Counted from the first letter of the stretch, positions 1 to 10,648 are shown. The stretch is 64,000 bases of DNA from Pelagomonas calceolata (GCA_918797485.1 CAKKNE010000003.1:3534001-3598000); one strand, 5' to 3'. Numbers and translations are program-made. The notes: generated by a model not told the origin, from the sequence alone.

Positions 1-2447
1 CCCGCGTCGAAGCTCCAGCCGTCGTTCTTCGCGTTGTAGATGCGCTGGCGGTACGCCTCGGCGTCCTCGCCGTATTGCTTCTCGTCGTCCTTGCTGCAGC
101 CGCCGACGGTGTTGCAGACCCACGCCTGGTCCTCGATGGCCTCCCAGCACTGGCCGACAAGGTAAGCTCCAAAAGCCACGATCCAGAAGAAGATGCTGTA
201 GTCCCGCGCGACCGCCATCTGCAGCGACGACTCGCTCCACAGCGACGAGAACATGCGGTTCGTCGCCCGCAGGATGACGGCCACATAATCGAAGAGCCAG
301 TCCTGGAAGTAGGCCGGCACGAGACCCCCCAACAACTCCCAAAAAATCGCAAAGTTCCGCCGGACGCCCGACGGCCGCTGCGCCCGCTTCAAACAGATGT
401 CCTCCCACTCGGCCGTGAAGACCATGATGAGCACGGAGTAGCCGAACCAGCAGCAGATCTTGATGAAGCGGCCGGCCGACGCGCGGTCGGCCTTCTCGCC
501 GTGCTCGCTGTCCAGCGTCTCGAGCTCGGCCCAGTCGACGTCGCGCGGCTCCGGCAGGGGCGTCAGCTCCATCGGGACGGGCTCGCGGTGGCGGTGCAGG
601 CACCCCTTGAGCCCCGTGAGGTAGTAGCCCGCCTTCTCGAGCAGGACGAAGAGCGGGTCGAACCGCGTCGGCTTGTGGTGGAGCTTGGGCGGCCGGTACG
701 TCTGCGGCACCTCGATGGGGTCGTTCGTCGCGCCCAGGGGGCAGTTCGTGGCGCACTGGGCCAGCTCCAGCGAGTTGAAGACGACGACCGCGGAGCCGCC
801 CCGCGGCGCCGCCTCGCCGGCGTGCTCGATGAGCTTCAGGCGCGCCGCCTCGGCCCTTCTAATGGCGTCCGCCGGGTCCGCGGCCTCGTCCTCGACGGAA
901 TGCTCCACAAACGAACAGCAGCAGATGCACCCGTCGATGCACTTGGCGCAGCCCTGCTGGATCTTCTTCTTCTCGCCGCTGTCCCACCGCCGCTGCAGCT
1001 CCTCGCGCCACCGCGCGCGCTCGATCTCCTTCAGTTCGTCGATGAACTTGCGCACGCGGCCCCGCAGCCCGCCGTCGCCGGTGAGGTACCAGCTCAGGGC
1101 CCCGACCTCCCTGACGACGGTCTCCATGAGCGTCCGGTGGCGGTCCTCGGCCGCCTTGATCGCATGCGCGGACGCGCCCGTCGCCTTCAGCCGCGCGATC
1201 TTGTCCTCCTGCGCGGCGACGGCGGCCCGGGCCTCGCCCCCCGGAGCCTCCTCGTCCTGGACGGCGCGCGTCTCCGCGTCGAGGTGGCGGCACGGCACGA
1301 CCGCCACGACGCTTCCGGGCACCTGGAACACGCTCTCGAAGAACGTCCTCACGTCGACCGGGTCCCGCAATTCCTCGGGGAGGCCCGTGCACACCACCGC
1401 GTAGTGGTTCGCCGGCGCGCTATCGGCGGCCTCCCGGATGATCTCCTGGGCCTCGAGGTCGTGCGCGTCGATGATCCGGTAGGCGGCCCAGTGCCCGAGC
1501 CACAGCACGAGCACGGCCGCCCAGAGCTGCCAGACGGCCGTGCTGCCCGCCCGACAGAACACGTTCGTGATGTGGATCCGGTCGAACCCCGGCGAGCGGG
1601 CCCGGCGCCAGCCCGCGCGCTTGGCGACGCAGGGGCACCAGACGCCCCGGACGAACTCGGCGTTGCCGCTGTAGTCGTCGCCCCAGTCGTTGGTAGATGC
1701 GAACTCGTCGCCGTCGTCGTATCTATAGATGTACTGTCGTTCCGACTTGTCCGACCCGCAGTTGTCCGTGTTCTCCGGCGCGTCGTCCGCGCCGACCTCG
1801 CCCGCCCACTGACCTTTATCCGGCGTGATTCGGAACGTGTAGCAGAGCGCCCCGCAGTTCGTGGGGCAGCCCGCGGAGGCCTTCGCGTACGAATCTCTGT
1901 TCGTCGTTTCGTCTTCGTAAACGCACCGCGCCGGGTCGAGCGCGAAGACCACCGCTAGAGGAAACGCGAGGAGCGCCCAGATCTCCAAGCAGGCCAGGCG
2001 CATGCGCACCCGTCTGACGTGCAGCGCGCCATCCACTCCAGCCTTCGCCCGCACCTCGTCCTGGTCGAGGTCGAAGACGGACCGCGACCACGCGTGCAGG
2101 TTCCGGGCTTTCCCCACGCGCCCCTCGGGGTCCGTCGGCGCGACCACCGGGCCCTCGCCGGCCACGTACCGCTGAAAAATGAACGCGAAGAGCCCCACTT
2201 TCAACGTGACCTCGAAGACGACGGCGGCGCAGCCCACGATGTCCTCCGGGAACTCGACTCCCCAGACAAACAAAGCGATAATCAGCCAGACCGTCACGGC
2301 TAATAGGGATATGAGTCCGATATAAAATTTGTGGTGGCCCTTCCAGCCGGGCAGCTTCTTCATCCAGAAGCGGACGCCGTGCGTCGCGGCGCGCTCCTTC
2401 TTTTGTGAAGGGGGCGCCGCGCGCGGCGGCGGCGGTGCGGCGGCCAT
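1..2447 (-). CDS. OSCA/TMEM63/CSC1-like calcium-permeable stress-gated channel (3' end runs off the window)
   Basis: Not in the ORF track because it has no stop inside the window. Hand translation from ATG 2447 stays open to base 1, with several TM segments and the motifs KAGVDGALHVRR, HYAVVCTGLPEEL, SAVVVFNSLELAQ and PEPRDVDWAEL typical of the family. Confidence 0.8.
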   Translation of the reverse strand, partial: MAAAPPPPRAAPPSQKKERAATHGVRFWMKKLPGWKGHHKFYIGLISLLAVTVWLIIALFVWGVEFPEDIVGCAAVVFEVTLKVGLFAFIFQRYVAGEGPVVAPTDPEGRVGKARNLHAWSRSVFDLDQDEVRAKAGVDGALHVRRVRMRLACLEIWALLAFPLAVVFALDPARCVYEDETTNRDSYAKASAGCPTNCGALCYTFRITPDKGQWAGEVGADDAPENTDNCGSDKSERQYIYRYDDGDEFASTNDWGDDYSGNAEFVRGVWCPCVAKRAGWRRARSPGFDRIHITNVFCRAGSTAVWQLWAAVLVLWLGHWAAYRIIDAHDLEAQEIIREAADSAPANHYAVVCTGLPEELRDPVDVRTFFESVFQVPGSVVAVVPCRHLDAETRAVQDEEAPGGEARAAVAAQEDKIARLKATGASAHAIKAAEDRHRTLMETVVREVGALSWYLTGDGGLRGRVRKFIDELKEIERARWREELQRRWDSGEKKKIQQGCAKCIDGCICCCSFVEHSVEDEAADPADAIRRAEAARLKLIEHAGEAAPRGGSAVVVFNSLELAQCATNCPLGATNDPIEVPQTYRPPKLHHKPTRFDPLFVLLEKAGYYLTGLKGCLHRHREPVPMELTPLPEPRDVDWAELETLDSEHGEKADRASAGRFIKICCWFGYSVLIMVFTAEWEDICLKRAQRPSGVRRNFAIFWELLGGLVPAYFQDWLFDYVAVILRATNRMFSSLWSESSLQMAVARDYSIFFWIVAFGAYLVGQCWEAIEDQAWVCNTVGGCSKDDEKQYGEDAEAYRQRIYNAKNDGWSFDA

Positions 2448-2818
2448 CGGCGCGCTGCTTCGGGGTCGTGGGCCCGGGCGGCCGTTCCGGAGCGGCGCGG
2501 GGGCGCGTTCCGGGCGCGTCGACGGTGCTAGGTGCTGCGGCCGCGCCCCGGCGGAGGCAGCCCGCTTCCGCTGCGGCGGCGATTCTGCCTCTCCGGAGCG
2601 CACGCGCGCCGCTCGCGCCGGACGGATGCCTCGGCCTGTATCGCGTGCCCGGGGGCGCCGCGAGGCGTCTCGCGAAAAAATTCAAAATACCGTGGGTGGT
2701 ACTATACTTATAGTAGGTATAGTATAGTACCGTAGGTCTCTCTGGTTAAAATGCCTCGCGCGCGGTGCCTTTTGCATCGATGTGCATTGCTGACACCTGA
2801 GGTTAGGCAATATAACGC

Positions 2819-3763
2819 ATGATCCCCCTCTCCTCCGCGCGCCGGCGGCCGGCCAGCGGCGCGTCGTACCGCGCCGCAGCAGCGCCGCGGCCGCCCGTGC
2901 CGCCGCGCGCCGGCCCGGCGCCGCGGCCGAAGCGGCCGAAGGCGAGCAAGGAGGACCCGCTCGCGGCCGCCCTCGCGCCGCGCAAGGAAGCCAAGCGGCC
3001 GAAGAGGGCGTCGCTGCGCGAGCGGCCCGTGACGGAGCTCGGGGACGACGACGACGACGACGCCGCCGGGCCGCCGCGCCGCGCGACGCCGCGCGGCGTC
3101 GCGCTGCCGGGCGAGTCGGCCGTCTTCTGCCGCGAGCGGCCGCGTATTACAAAAGAGGCCTACGCCTACGTCGCGCGGCAGCGCGCGCCTCCACAAAAGC
3201 CTCCGCAGCGGCGGCGCGGGCCACCCATGCGCCGCGCGCCGGTCGCCAAAGCGCCGGCCGCGGCGCCGGCCGCGGCGCCGTGGCTGCGGCCCCTGGGCGA
3301 CGACGAGCGGAAGCGCCTCAAGGCATCGAAAGGTGCCCACGCCCGGCAAGCGCAGGCCGAGCGCGCGGACCGGGGCCTGGGCGCGCTCGCGAAGCTCGAG
3401 AAGCGCGAGGCGGCCGCCGACGACGCCGCCGCGAAGGCCGCGCTGTCGATGCGCGTGCGCTGCTTCAAATGCGTCGACTGCGCGCGGCTCTTCGAATCAA
3501 AGCCTGAGGCGTGCGTCCGGCGAGATCATCATATAGAGATGGCCTTCGCCGTGCGGCGTTGCTTCGCGTGCGGGAAATGCGGCCGTTCAATATTTTCTTT
3601 GGAACGGCGGCCGCGCGGCGCGTGTGCGTGCGGCGCGGACGCGTGGCGCAACCGCGAGAACGATAGTGATGTGCGAGCCGTCGCGGCGCCCGACACCTTC
3701 CGGCCGGCCCTCGCCGAGTGGACGTCCACCAGCGACGTCTCGGCGTTAGTAAACAACATCTAG
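2819..3763 (+). CDS. Protein with Mcm10 C-terminal zinc-binding domain
   Basis: C-terminal CVDC..C..H..RRCFACGKCG..SLERRP..CACG..W resembles the CCCH+CCCC Mcm10 CTD. The N-terminus is low complexity. Confidence 0.65.
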   Translation: MIPLSSARRRPASGASYRAAAAPRPPVPPRAGPAPRPKRPKASKEDPLAAALAPRKEAKRPKRASLRERPVTELGDDDDDDAAGPPRRATPRGVALPGESAVFCRERPRITKEAYAYVARQRAPPQKPPQRRRGPPMRRAPVAKAPAAAPAAAPWLRPLGDDERKRLKASKGAHARQAQAERADRGLGALAKLEKREAAADDAAAKAALSMRVRCFKCVDCARLFESKPEACVRRDHHIEMAFAVRRCFACGKCGRSIFSLERRPRGACACGADAWRNRENDSDVRAVAAPDTFRPALAEWTSTSDVSALVNNI

Positions 3764-3766
3764 GTT

Positions 3767-4834
3767 TTACTTAATCGAGTCCATCAGGTCCAGCAAATCG
3801 TCGGAGTCGTCACTCTTCGCCTCGCTCTTCACATCGTCATCGAACCCGAGCTCCGCGAAGCGCTCGTCCACGCCCTTCCGCTGCGCGCGGGCGTCGATCC
3901 TCCGCGCGTCGTCTACTAGTGGAGACGCCGCCTCATGTTCATCTTCGAAGAGCGCCAACCGAAAACTCTCCACCGGTACGTCGTCGCCGCCGACCAGGTC
4001 CGCCAGCAGGTTCAGCTCCAGACAGGCCGTCGACGGCTTCGCCGCCGGCGGCTCCTCCTTTGCCGCGACGGGTTTCACCTCGGGTACCTCTTTCGCCTCG
4101 GGGAGTGGCTCCGCGTACATGTTCCTGCCCAATTGACGAGCGTGCCGCGACCTGTTTTCAGCATGGTAGTTTCGTGCCAAGGGATGCGTCTTCGTCAGTG
4201 GTAGCGCGCCAGTCGTCAGGGGGCCGCCGTGCTCCAACCTTAAAGTGCCGTCCTGGCCTTGTAAATCGCGCTGGAGAAAGATCGAGACCCGCACTCTCCG
4301 CGTCGAAAAGAAGCTTAGTAATTGCTGCCGACACAAACACCAGTCGCCCGGCGTGAACCGCCCGTAGCACGTCTGACACGACTCCAAGCAGTAATCTAGC
4401 AACGCATCGGTCACGTCAGAAGCACACATCTTTTTGAGCTGCTCCAGGTGCTCAATAGTGACATCTAATACATGGCAGGGTGTCGCTACCCTTACCACTT
4501 GAAATTTCGCCCCCATGACCATCAGACTGTAAAGTTTACCCATGCTCGTCTCGTTCAGCTTCATGATTGAACTATGGGCCAGTTTATCGAAGATCTGGCG
4601 CACGTTCCGGTCCTTATACAGGAATTGGGGTTTAAACAACTCTTCGACGAAGCGCCGCGAGAACATCGTTTTCACGACGTCGCACAGCACGCGCTGCGAC
4701 TTGTCGGTCTTGACTTGTTGCGCGCCCAGGCGCTGTTCGAGGACATACAGCATCTCGCCGCCCAGGTTGATCACGAGCAGAGGCATGGCGTGCCGGAGGC
4801 CTAGGGCCTCATTCGTTTGAGTGGGCTTGGCCAT
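3767..4834 (-). CDS. OSCP1: Organic solute carrier partner 1 (cilia-associated)
   Basis: Signature motifs MPLLVINLGGEMLYVLEQRL and LAHSSIMKLNETSMGKLYSLMVMGAKFQ. Confidence 0.9.
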   Translation of the reverse strand: MAKPTQTNEALGLRHAMPLLVINLGGEMLYVLEQRLGAQQVKTDKSQRVLCDVVKTMFSRRFVEELFKPQFLYKDRNVRQIFDKLAHSSIMKLNETSMGKLYSLMVMGAKFQVVRVATPCHVLDVTIEHLEQLKKMCASDVTDALLDYCLESCQTCYGRFTPGDWCLCRQQLLSFFSTRRVRVSIFLQRDLQGQDGTLRLEHGGPLTTGALPLTKTHPLARNYHAENRSRHARQLGRNMYAEPLPEAKEVPEVKPVAAKEEPPAAKPSTACLELNLLADLVGGDDVPVESFRLALFEDEHEAASPLVDDARRIDARAQRKGVDERFAELGFDDDVKSEAKSDDSDDLLDLMDSIK

Positions 4835-5167
4835 CGCGTCTGGCAGCGCCTCACGCCTGTGGCGTCTCGAGGCTGCCCGGAGCGGCCTTGGGGCAGCGCT
4901 CGTCGGGTGCGCGCGGCGCGAGGTGCCCCGGCCGGGTCCCCTGCCGGCGGCAAATCGATGCTGGTTCGGTGTACGCGGCGGCGAATCAAGAGCGTCGAGT
5001 TTTAAGTACCTCGCACGCTAGCTCGAGCGCGCTGCCCGCGGCCGCGTATCGTGGCTTCGGAGCCGCCACCGGTCGTCCGGCAGCGCATACCACGCGCCCG
5101 AAGCCTCAGCGCAGCTCGACGCCGCGCGGCGCCGCAGCGCGGACGGGACTGGGCAGCCCCCAGACCC

Positions 5168-6067
5168 ATGGAATCCTGGTCGAGGGACGCGCCCGTCGAT
5201 CTACAACCGACGCACCTCCCCTCCTTACTGTTCAACAACCTCGCCAGTAGCAAAGGTTTACTTGCTTACGCGCACGACTCGCAAGTGACGATCCTCGAGG
5301 CGCGAGGCACTAATAACAAAAGGACATTGCAACTGCGGACCAAGGTCCTCTCATCAGTGTTCGTCGACGGTGAGACGCTCGTCGTCGGTGCCGCGGGCTA
5401 CGTGGAGATCTGGCAAGTGCCCTCGCCGGCCAAAGCGCGGCTCGTGAAGAGGCATGCGCTCGGCGACTTCGCGGACGACGACGCGACACAACCTTTCTGT
5501 CGGGGGAGTGCCCTTGTACAAGGTGTGATTTGCGTCGGGTGTTCTTCCGGAGAAATCCTGAGGTTCGAGGGCGACCGTCAAACGCAATCGTTGCGGGGCC
5601 ACCGGGCGCCCCTGACGTGTCTAGCTAATTCTTCAAAACTAGTCTCGGGATGCGACCGCGGCGAAATACGCTCGTGGGAGGGCGACGAAAGTTTTGTCAT
5701 CGAGGACGGCACGCGCGCGGCGGACATCGGCGGGGACCCCTGTTCGTCAATAGCGGTCTACGACGATCAGATAGTGGCGGGCTTCGCGTCGGGCCGCGTC
5801 CGCTGTTACTCGGCCAAGGGCGAGGTGTTGCACGACCTCCAAGCGCACGCGCGGTGTCTGACGGCCCTCACGATACAGGGAGACCGCCTCGCGACCGTCG
5901 CCGAGGACGCCCACGTCTTTGTGTGGAGCCTGCCTTCCTTGGAGATGGTCCACGCGTCGCACGTGACGGATTCGCTCCTGACCGGCGTGGCGTTTCTGGA
6001 CGAAAGGTCGCTCGCGTGTACGGCGTACGATTCACAAACGGTGACGGTGCTGCGGCGCGAGTCGTAA
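5168..6067 (+). CDS. WD40 repeat protein, WDR54-like
   Basis: WD40 motifs (GHRAPLTCL, AHARCLTAL, EDAHVFVW) and N-terminal PSLLFNNLA. First ATG is at 5168. Confidence 0.75.
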   Translation: MESWSRDAPVDLQPTHLPSLLFNNLASSKGLLAYAHDSQVTILEARGTNNKRTLQLRTKVLSSVFVDGETLVVGAAGYVEIWQVPSPAKARLVKRHALGDFADDDATQPFCRGSALVQGVICVGCSSGEILRFEGDRQTQSLRGHRAPLTCLANSSKLVSGCDRGEIRSWEGDESFVIEDGTRAADIGGDPCSSIAVYDDQIVAGFASGRVRCYSAKGEVLHDLQAHARCLTALTIQGDRLATVAEDAHVFVWSLPSLEMVHASHVTDSLLTGVAFLDERSLACTAYDSQTVTVLRRES

Positions 6068-6083
6068 TGTAATTGGACTAGTC

Positions 6084-7097
6084 TTATTTTGCGGTTCGCC
6101 TGGGCCGGAGCACTACGTCGCCGACGACGAAGGCACCGATCTGGCGCGTGAGGTTCTCGTCGCCGGCGACGGCGTTGCCGGGGAGGCGGTCCAAGGTGAG
6201 GGCGACGGTGCGCGCCCAGTAGGCGGGGAGGTAGCGGTCGAAGAGCTCGATCAAGCAACGCTCTTCGTTGGTAGTAGGTTTCCCGTGGCAGCTTCGAGCG
6301 ATGGCGTGTAGGTAATCCAGTGGCGTCTTCCCGAAGTTGTCCCTGATATCAATGTCCGCGCCGTGCATGAGGAGCACGCGCGCCATGCCGGGGTGTTCAT
6401 CTTGGACCGCGGCGTGGAGGAGGGTTATGCCGTCAGAGCACGTCCTCGCGTTGATGCGAACGCCCCGCGCCAGTATCATTCGCACGCACTCGGGGCTCAC
6501 GACGGGAGCCCCGCGTGTCTGCTCCTCGTCCGCCTCCTCGTCCGTCAGCGTGAGCCTCCCGTTCGCGAAGCCTTCGCACGCGGACCACAGGGGCATGAAA
6601 TCTACTCGGTCAACACCGTCAGGACACGGAATCACCGCATCCGGACCGGTCTGCGGGTCGTGCTCGACGCCGGAAGCGCTCGCGCCCCGGTCCAGCAACA
6701 ACCGGACTACCTCGGGCCGTCCTTCCCGGCAGGCCGCGTGGAGCGGATCACAATATTGGTTGCTTTGGTATGGGCTGGCGCCGCGGTCCAGCAGCACGCG
6801 GACAACCTCGACGTGGCCCAAACTGCTGGCGACGCAGATCGGAAACATAGTCCTCGCGATGATTTCGTCGCGCGGGAAATCGAGGAACCGCGCCGCCGCA
6901 GCTGCGTCCCCGGCCTCGCACGCCCGCACGAGCTTCTCCTCGCGTTGCTCGCGCGCCTCCTCGTCGGCCGCCTCTTGCGCCTCTGTCAGGAGAAAAAAAT
7001 CGTAATCATCTTCGTCCTCGCTGTCGCAGTCATCGTCCTCCTCGCTGTCCCAGTTAGCCGAATACTCGTCGTCGTCGTCGCTGTCCGAATCACTCAT
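6084..7097 (-). CDS. Ankyrin repeat protein with acidic N-terminus
   Basis: Ankyrin motifs GHVEVVRVLLDRGA, PLHAACREG, TLLHAA..LLMHGADIDIRDNFGKTPL. Confidence 0.85.
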   Translation of the reverse strand: MSDSDSDDDDEYSANWDSEEDDDCDSEDEDDYDFFLLTEAQEAADEEAREQREEKLVRACEAGDAAAAARFLDFPRDEIIARTMFPICVASSLGHVEVVRVLLDRGASPYQSNQYCDPLHAACREGRPEVVRLLLDRGASASGVEHDPQTGPDAVIPCPDGVDRVDFMPLWSACEGFANGRLTLTDEEADEEQTRGAPVVSPECVRMILARGVRINARTCSDGITLLHAAVQDEHPGMARVLLMHGADIDIRDNFGKTPLDYLHAIARSCHGKPTTNEERCLIELFDRYLPAYWARTVALTLDRLPGNAVAGDENLTRQIGAFVVGDVVLRPRRTAK

Positions 7098-7623
7098 CTG
7101 GTCCCCTTGGACTGTGGTCGGTGAATTTACGCCGCAGGGCTGCCCGGCTTGGAACGCGCCCGTCGCAGCTTCCCGTCGGGTGTTTGCGACAATCTGCCAG
7201 GGCCCAGAGTCCGCCTTTTAGGCAGATTCTCCAGGCGCTTTATGGCAGTCTCCTCCTGGTTTTTTGCACCAGGCCGGGCCAGCCAAAAAGCTGGAACGAC
7301 ACGAGCGTAGGCTTCCCGTCGGGCGCGACCGAGAAATCGGAAGGGGCGCCTCGCGAACGCGCAGTAAAACCCGTTTTTTACCAGGGGCGCGACGTGGACG
7401 CTCCCGTGCCTCCCTGTCCGGAGCCCCCAGGGGCTGCGCAGCTCATCTGAGGACTGAGGAGCTCGCCCCGGCGCCCCCGCAGCGCAGGGCTCGCGCACGC
7501 CGCTCCAGCTTTTAAACGAGGGCCTGAGAGCCTGGCCAGCCTCTCCCAGCCTTTTTGGACCGCCGCGACGGCCCGCGGACGCCCCCGAACGGCTCGAGAC
7601 GCCGTCGCAGCGAAGCCACAAAA

Positions 7624-9582
7624 ATGCCCTCGCACCACTCCCAAAAGCGGCCGCGCGGCGTCGCGAGCGGGTCCTGGGATTTAGATGCGGCGGCACCACC
7701 CACGGAAGAGCAGGGCGACCTCGGCGCGGCGCTGGAAGCGGAATCGAGGACGGTAGGCCTCGCCTTAGGAACACCTCGAGATTTCGACCGGCGCTTCGAG
7801 GTCTGCGACGTGATCGGGCGCGGCGCGTTCTCCGTCGTCAGTCGTGTGGTAGAACGAGCGTCGGGGCGACGGCTAGCTGTGAAAACGTTAGATGCCCGAC
7901 CGCTGCGGCTACGACCGAACTTCTCGCCGAAACGGCTGCTGCGGGAGGCCTGCATCCTCTCGCGGCTGCGCCATCCGAACGTCGTAAGCTACGTGGGGGT
8001 CTGGGCCGGCGGCGATTCGTTGCGACTCGTCATGGAGGAGGCCGCGGGGCGCGAGTTGTTCGACGTCATCCTCGAGAAGCAGGCCATCGAGGAACCGCGC
8101 GCGAAGCCGATCCTGCGCCAGCTCACGGGCGCTTTAGCTTATTTGCACGAACATAAAATAGCCCACAGAGACGTCAAGCCGGAAAACGTCCTCGTGTCGA
8201 GCGACGAGCCGCCGCGCGTCACGCTCATCGACTTTGGATTGTCCAAGGCATTGCTGGAGGAGGGCGACGAGGAGGCCTTTCCCTTGTTAGCTACGTCCGT
8301 CGGAAAGACGTTCGTGGGCACGCCCTGCTATCTCGCGCCGGAGATCGAAGCCATCCACCAGGGCGGCGCCGACGCTCCGAGAAGCTACGGCGTCGCCGTC
8401 GACGCCTGGTCTCTTGGAGCCGTCGTCAACGTCACGCTTGTAGCGAGGTTTCCCGAGTTTGAGAGATCTTCTGCCAAGTCTAGGGTCAAAGTCGACACGG
8501 CCGCGTTCCGAGGCGTCTCGCCCGAAGCAAGGGACCTCGTCGCGCGGCTCATGGTGCCGAATCCCGCGGAACGCCTTACCACAAGAGACGCGTTGGATCA
8601 TCCCTGGTTGTCAGATGATGCAGAAAGGCCGTCCTCGCCCATCAAAAACGTGGACGACATGGCGCTCGTGCCTAGAAAACCGGAGACAGGGGAGCCCGTG
8701 TTCCGGGTCGACGACTTGTTGGGCCTGCAGCAGACGATCGCCGTGTGTTTACGGAGTGCCTTCGCGACGTACCAGGACGTGCCCGGGGTCTCTCGAGCTT
8801 TGAGGCAGAGTGCGGTGCTATGTAGATCACAGTTACTGGAGAACGCGAAACTCCTGAGAAAAATAGAACATACAGCTTCGTCGGTCCTCGACATCCACGA
8901 CGATCTTGAGTTAGCGGTCGACGCCGGGCAATCGGCACTAGCCAGAGAACTCGTCGCGACCGTCAAGGGCTGGGTCGGCGGCCTCAAGGAGGCCGTCAAG
9001 GACGTCCAGAAGGGCAACGCCGCGCAGATGCGCCACCTGCACCAGGCGATTAGTGAGGTCGAGAGCGCCTGCGAGAAGGACGGCTATGATTCGGATTGCG
9101 CGACGAAGGACGGCCGCGAGCCCCTCCCCTTACCGAAGACCGACGAGTCCCTCCACGACGGAGCGCTGGACGGCGTCGAGGACGCCTTGAAAGCAGCGAC
9201 GAACGCCGCGTCGGCCATCGCCACCGCTTCAAGAGACGCGCGGTCCGCCTCCTTTTCTGTGCAAGAAACGGCCATCACGCCCCAGTTCTTCCCGGACGCG
9301 CCGGCGCCGGAGCGGGTCTTCGAGCTAGCTCTTCGACAGTTGGAGCGTGTTGATGCGGTCCTGGAACGGTTGGCTTTACTCTGGGATTCGACCGAGGTCG
9401 TTTTTGACACTTTATTACAAAAGTCGGAGCACATCGAGAAATTTCTCGAATTTGCCAGGGAGCCGCAATTACTGGGACGGTTCCGGCAAAGGTTGGCGGA
9501 GTACAAGCGGTTCTGGGTCGACGTCCAGGCCGTGTCTCGAGCTACTTTACAGAACTCGCCGCGGGGCGCGGCGGTCGAGTGA
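7624..9582 (+). CDS. Ser/Thr protein kinase (CAMK group, CHK2/CaMK-like) with helical C-terminus
   Basis: Kinase motifs GRGAFS, AVK, HRDVKPEN, DFG, GTPCYLAPE, DAWSLG. Confidence 0.9.
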   Translation: MPSHHSQKRPRGVASGSWDLDAAAPPTEEQGDLGAALEAESRTVGLALGTPRDFDRRFEVCDVIGRGAFSVVSRVVERASGRRLAVKTLDARPLRLRPNFSPKRLLREACILSRLRHPNVVSYVGVWAGGDSLRLVMEEAAGRELFDVILEKQAIEEPRAKPILRQLTGALAYLHEHKIAHRDVKPENVLVSSDEPPRVTLIDFGLSKALLEEGDEEAFPLLATSVGKTFVGTPCYLAPEIEAIHQGGADAPRSYGVAVDAWSLGAVVNVTLVARFPEFERSSAKSRVKVDTAAFRGVSPEARDLVARLMVPNPAERLTTRDALDHPWLSDDAERPSSPIKNVDDMALVPRKPETGEPVFRVDDLLGLQQTIAVCLRSAFATYQDVPGVSRALRQSAVLCRSQLLENAKLLRKIEHTASSVLDIHDDLELAVDAGQSALARELVATVKGWVGGLKEAVKDVQKGNAAQMRHLHQAISEVESACEKDGYDSDCATKDGREPLPLPKTDESLHDGALDGVEDALKAATNAASAIATASRDARSASFSVQETAITPQFFPDAPAPERVFELALRQLERVDAVLERLALLWDSTEVVFDTLLQKSEHIEKFLEFAREPQLLGRFRQRLAEYKRFWVDVQAVSRATLQNSPRGAAVE

Positions 9583-10194
9583 GTCCCCTTTTTCGTCATA
9601 TAAGAAACCCGTGTGTTTGAGGTTTGTACATTCCGACTTACGCGGTCACGTTGGTCAGGAAGGGGGAAGGGGAAGGGAACAGTCAGGGGGCTGGCGACGA
9701 AATGTAGCCTCGGCGTCGGGCGTCGGCTCGTTGATCATTCGCCAGGTGTGCGCGCCGGCTGCGCACGAAGCGGCACCCCGACCGGATGCCGCTTGGACCG
9801 CGGCGCCGTCGCGCCTCGGAAGAAACGCGACGGCGCCGCGGGCGCCGGTCGCGAGGACCGACATATAGGACCCGATCGTCATCAGGTCCTCATCGCTCTG
9901 CGTGCACGGCCCACCTGGGAGCATCAGGTGGGCCGAACTCGTTTGCGGCGCTTCTCCGCCGCGCCGACGAATAGTCGGCGCGGCGGCGACACGGCTCCCT
10001 CGTACGATTCATCGGTGCGGCGGAGGGCATTGCGTCCACCGAAACCGCCGCGGAACTCGTACTGTGGTCGAGGGGAGGGCATCGATTGTAACGTCTCCCG
10101 GCGGCACCGCCGCGCCGGGCTCTTGGATCCACCACGTCGGCGTTCTCAACGCCGACCGGGTCTTGGTGCGACGCCGCCGCGCCTCGGAAGAGAC

Positions 10195-10368
10195 CTGCGT
10201 GGAAATCAACCAGTGCGTCGGGTGCCGCAATTCTTCACTAAGTCATTTCTCGGCGATGGCGCGGCCGCCCTGACTCGGTCGAGCGGTGCGGAACCGACAT
10301 CACCACGCCATCGAGCAGGCGTCGCGTCGATGGCGTGAACGCGCCGTAAAATTTTGATTTCCACACAG
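10195..10368. mobile_element. Introner/MITE family A copy, apparently outside any recognisable gene
   Basis: TIRs CTGCGTGGAAATCAA ... TTGATTTCCACACAG and flanking 9-bp direct repeat GGAAGAGAC/GGGAGAGAC. Both ends match the amiE intron at 30281-30379. Confidence 0.85.
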
Positions 10369-10501
10369 GGAGAGACGCGACGGCGCCGCGGAAGCGACGC
10401 CGCCGCGCCTCAGAAGAGACGCGACGACGCCGCGGGGGCCCGCCGGACGCGAGTCCGGCGGGAAGATTAGCCGAGCTCGAGCTCGGCGGCGCGCATTACG
10501 T

Positions 10502-10648
10502 GAGGTTGAGGTTAGGATTCGGTCCGAGTAAGGGTTAGGATTAGGATTAGACTAGGGTTAGGGTTAGGGTTGGGCGAGAGTCGGGTTAGAGCGGGTCCGA
10601 AATTGTCCTAGTGTCGGCGGCAGTTTCGCGGCAACGTGGGCTTGGATG
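10502..10648 (+). repeat. 147-bp telomere-like (TTAGGG-containing) repeat, copy 1
   Basis: GAGGTTGAGGTTAGGATTCGG...GGGTTAGGGTTAGGGTTGGG...GGATG. Near-identical (about 6 mismatches by eye) to 25788-25934. Confidence 0.9.

Noticed and set aside
75..1958. 627-aa plus-strand ORF
   Set aside because: Antisense shadow of the OSCA-like gene; high GC3 removes stops on the opposite strand.
2698..2731. 11-bp inverted repeat GGTACTATACT/AGTATAGTACC in a divergent promoter; GGTACC cluster at 31497-31546
   Set aside because: Short, low-complexity and with no independent support for a function.
10502..10648. True chromosome end or CRISPR-like array
   Set aside because: Internal position, only a few perfect TTAGGG units, and no regular repeat-spacer pattern.
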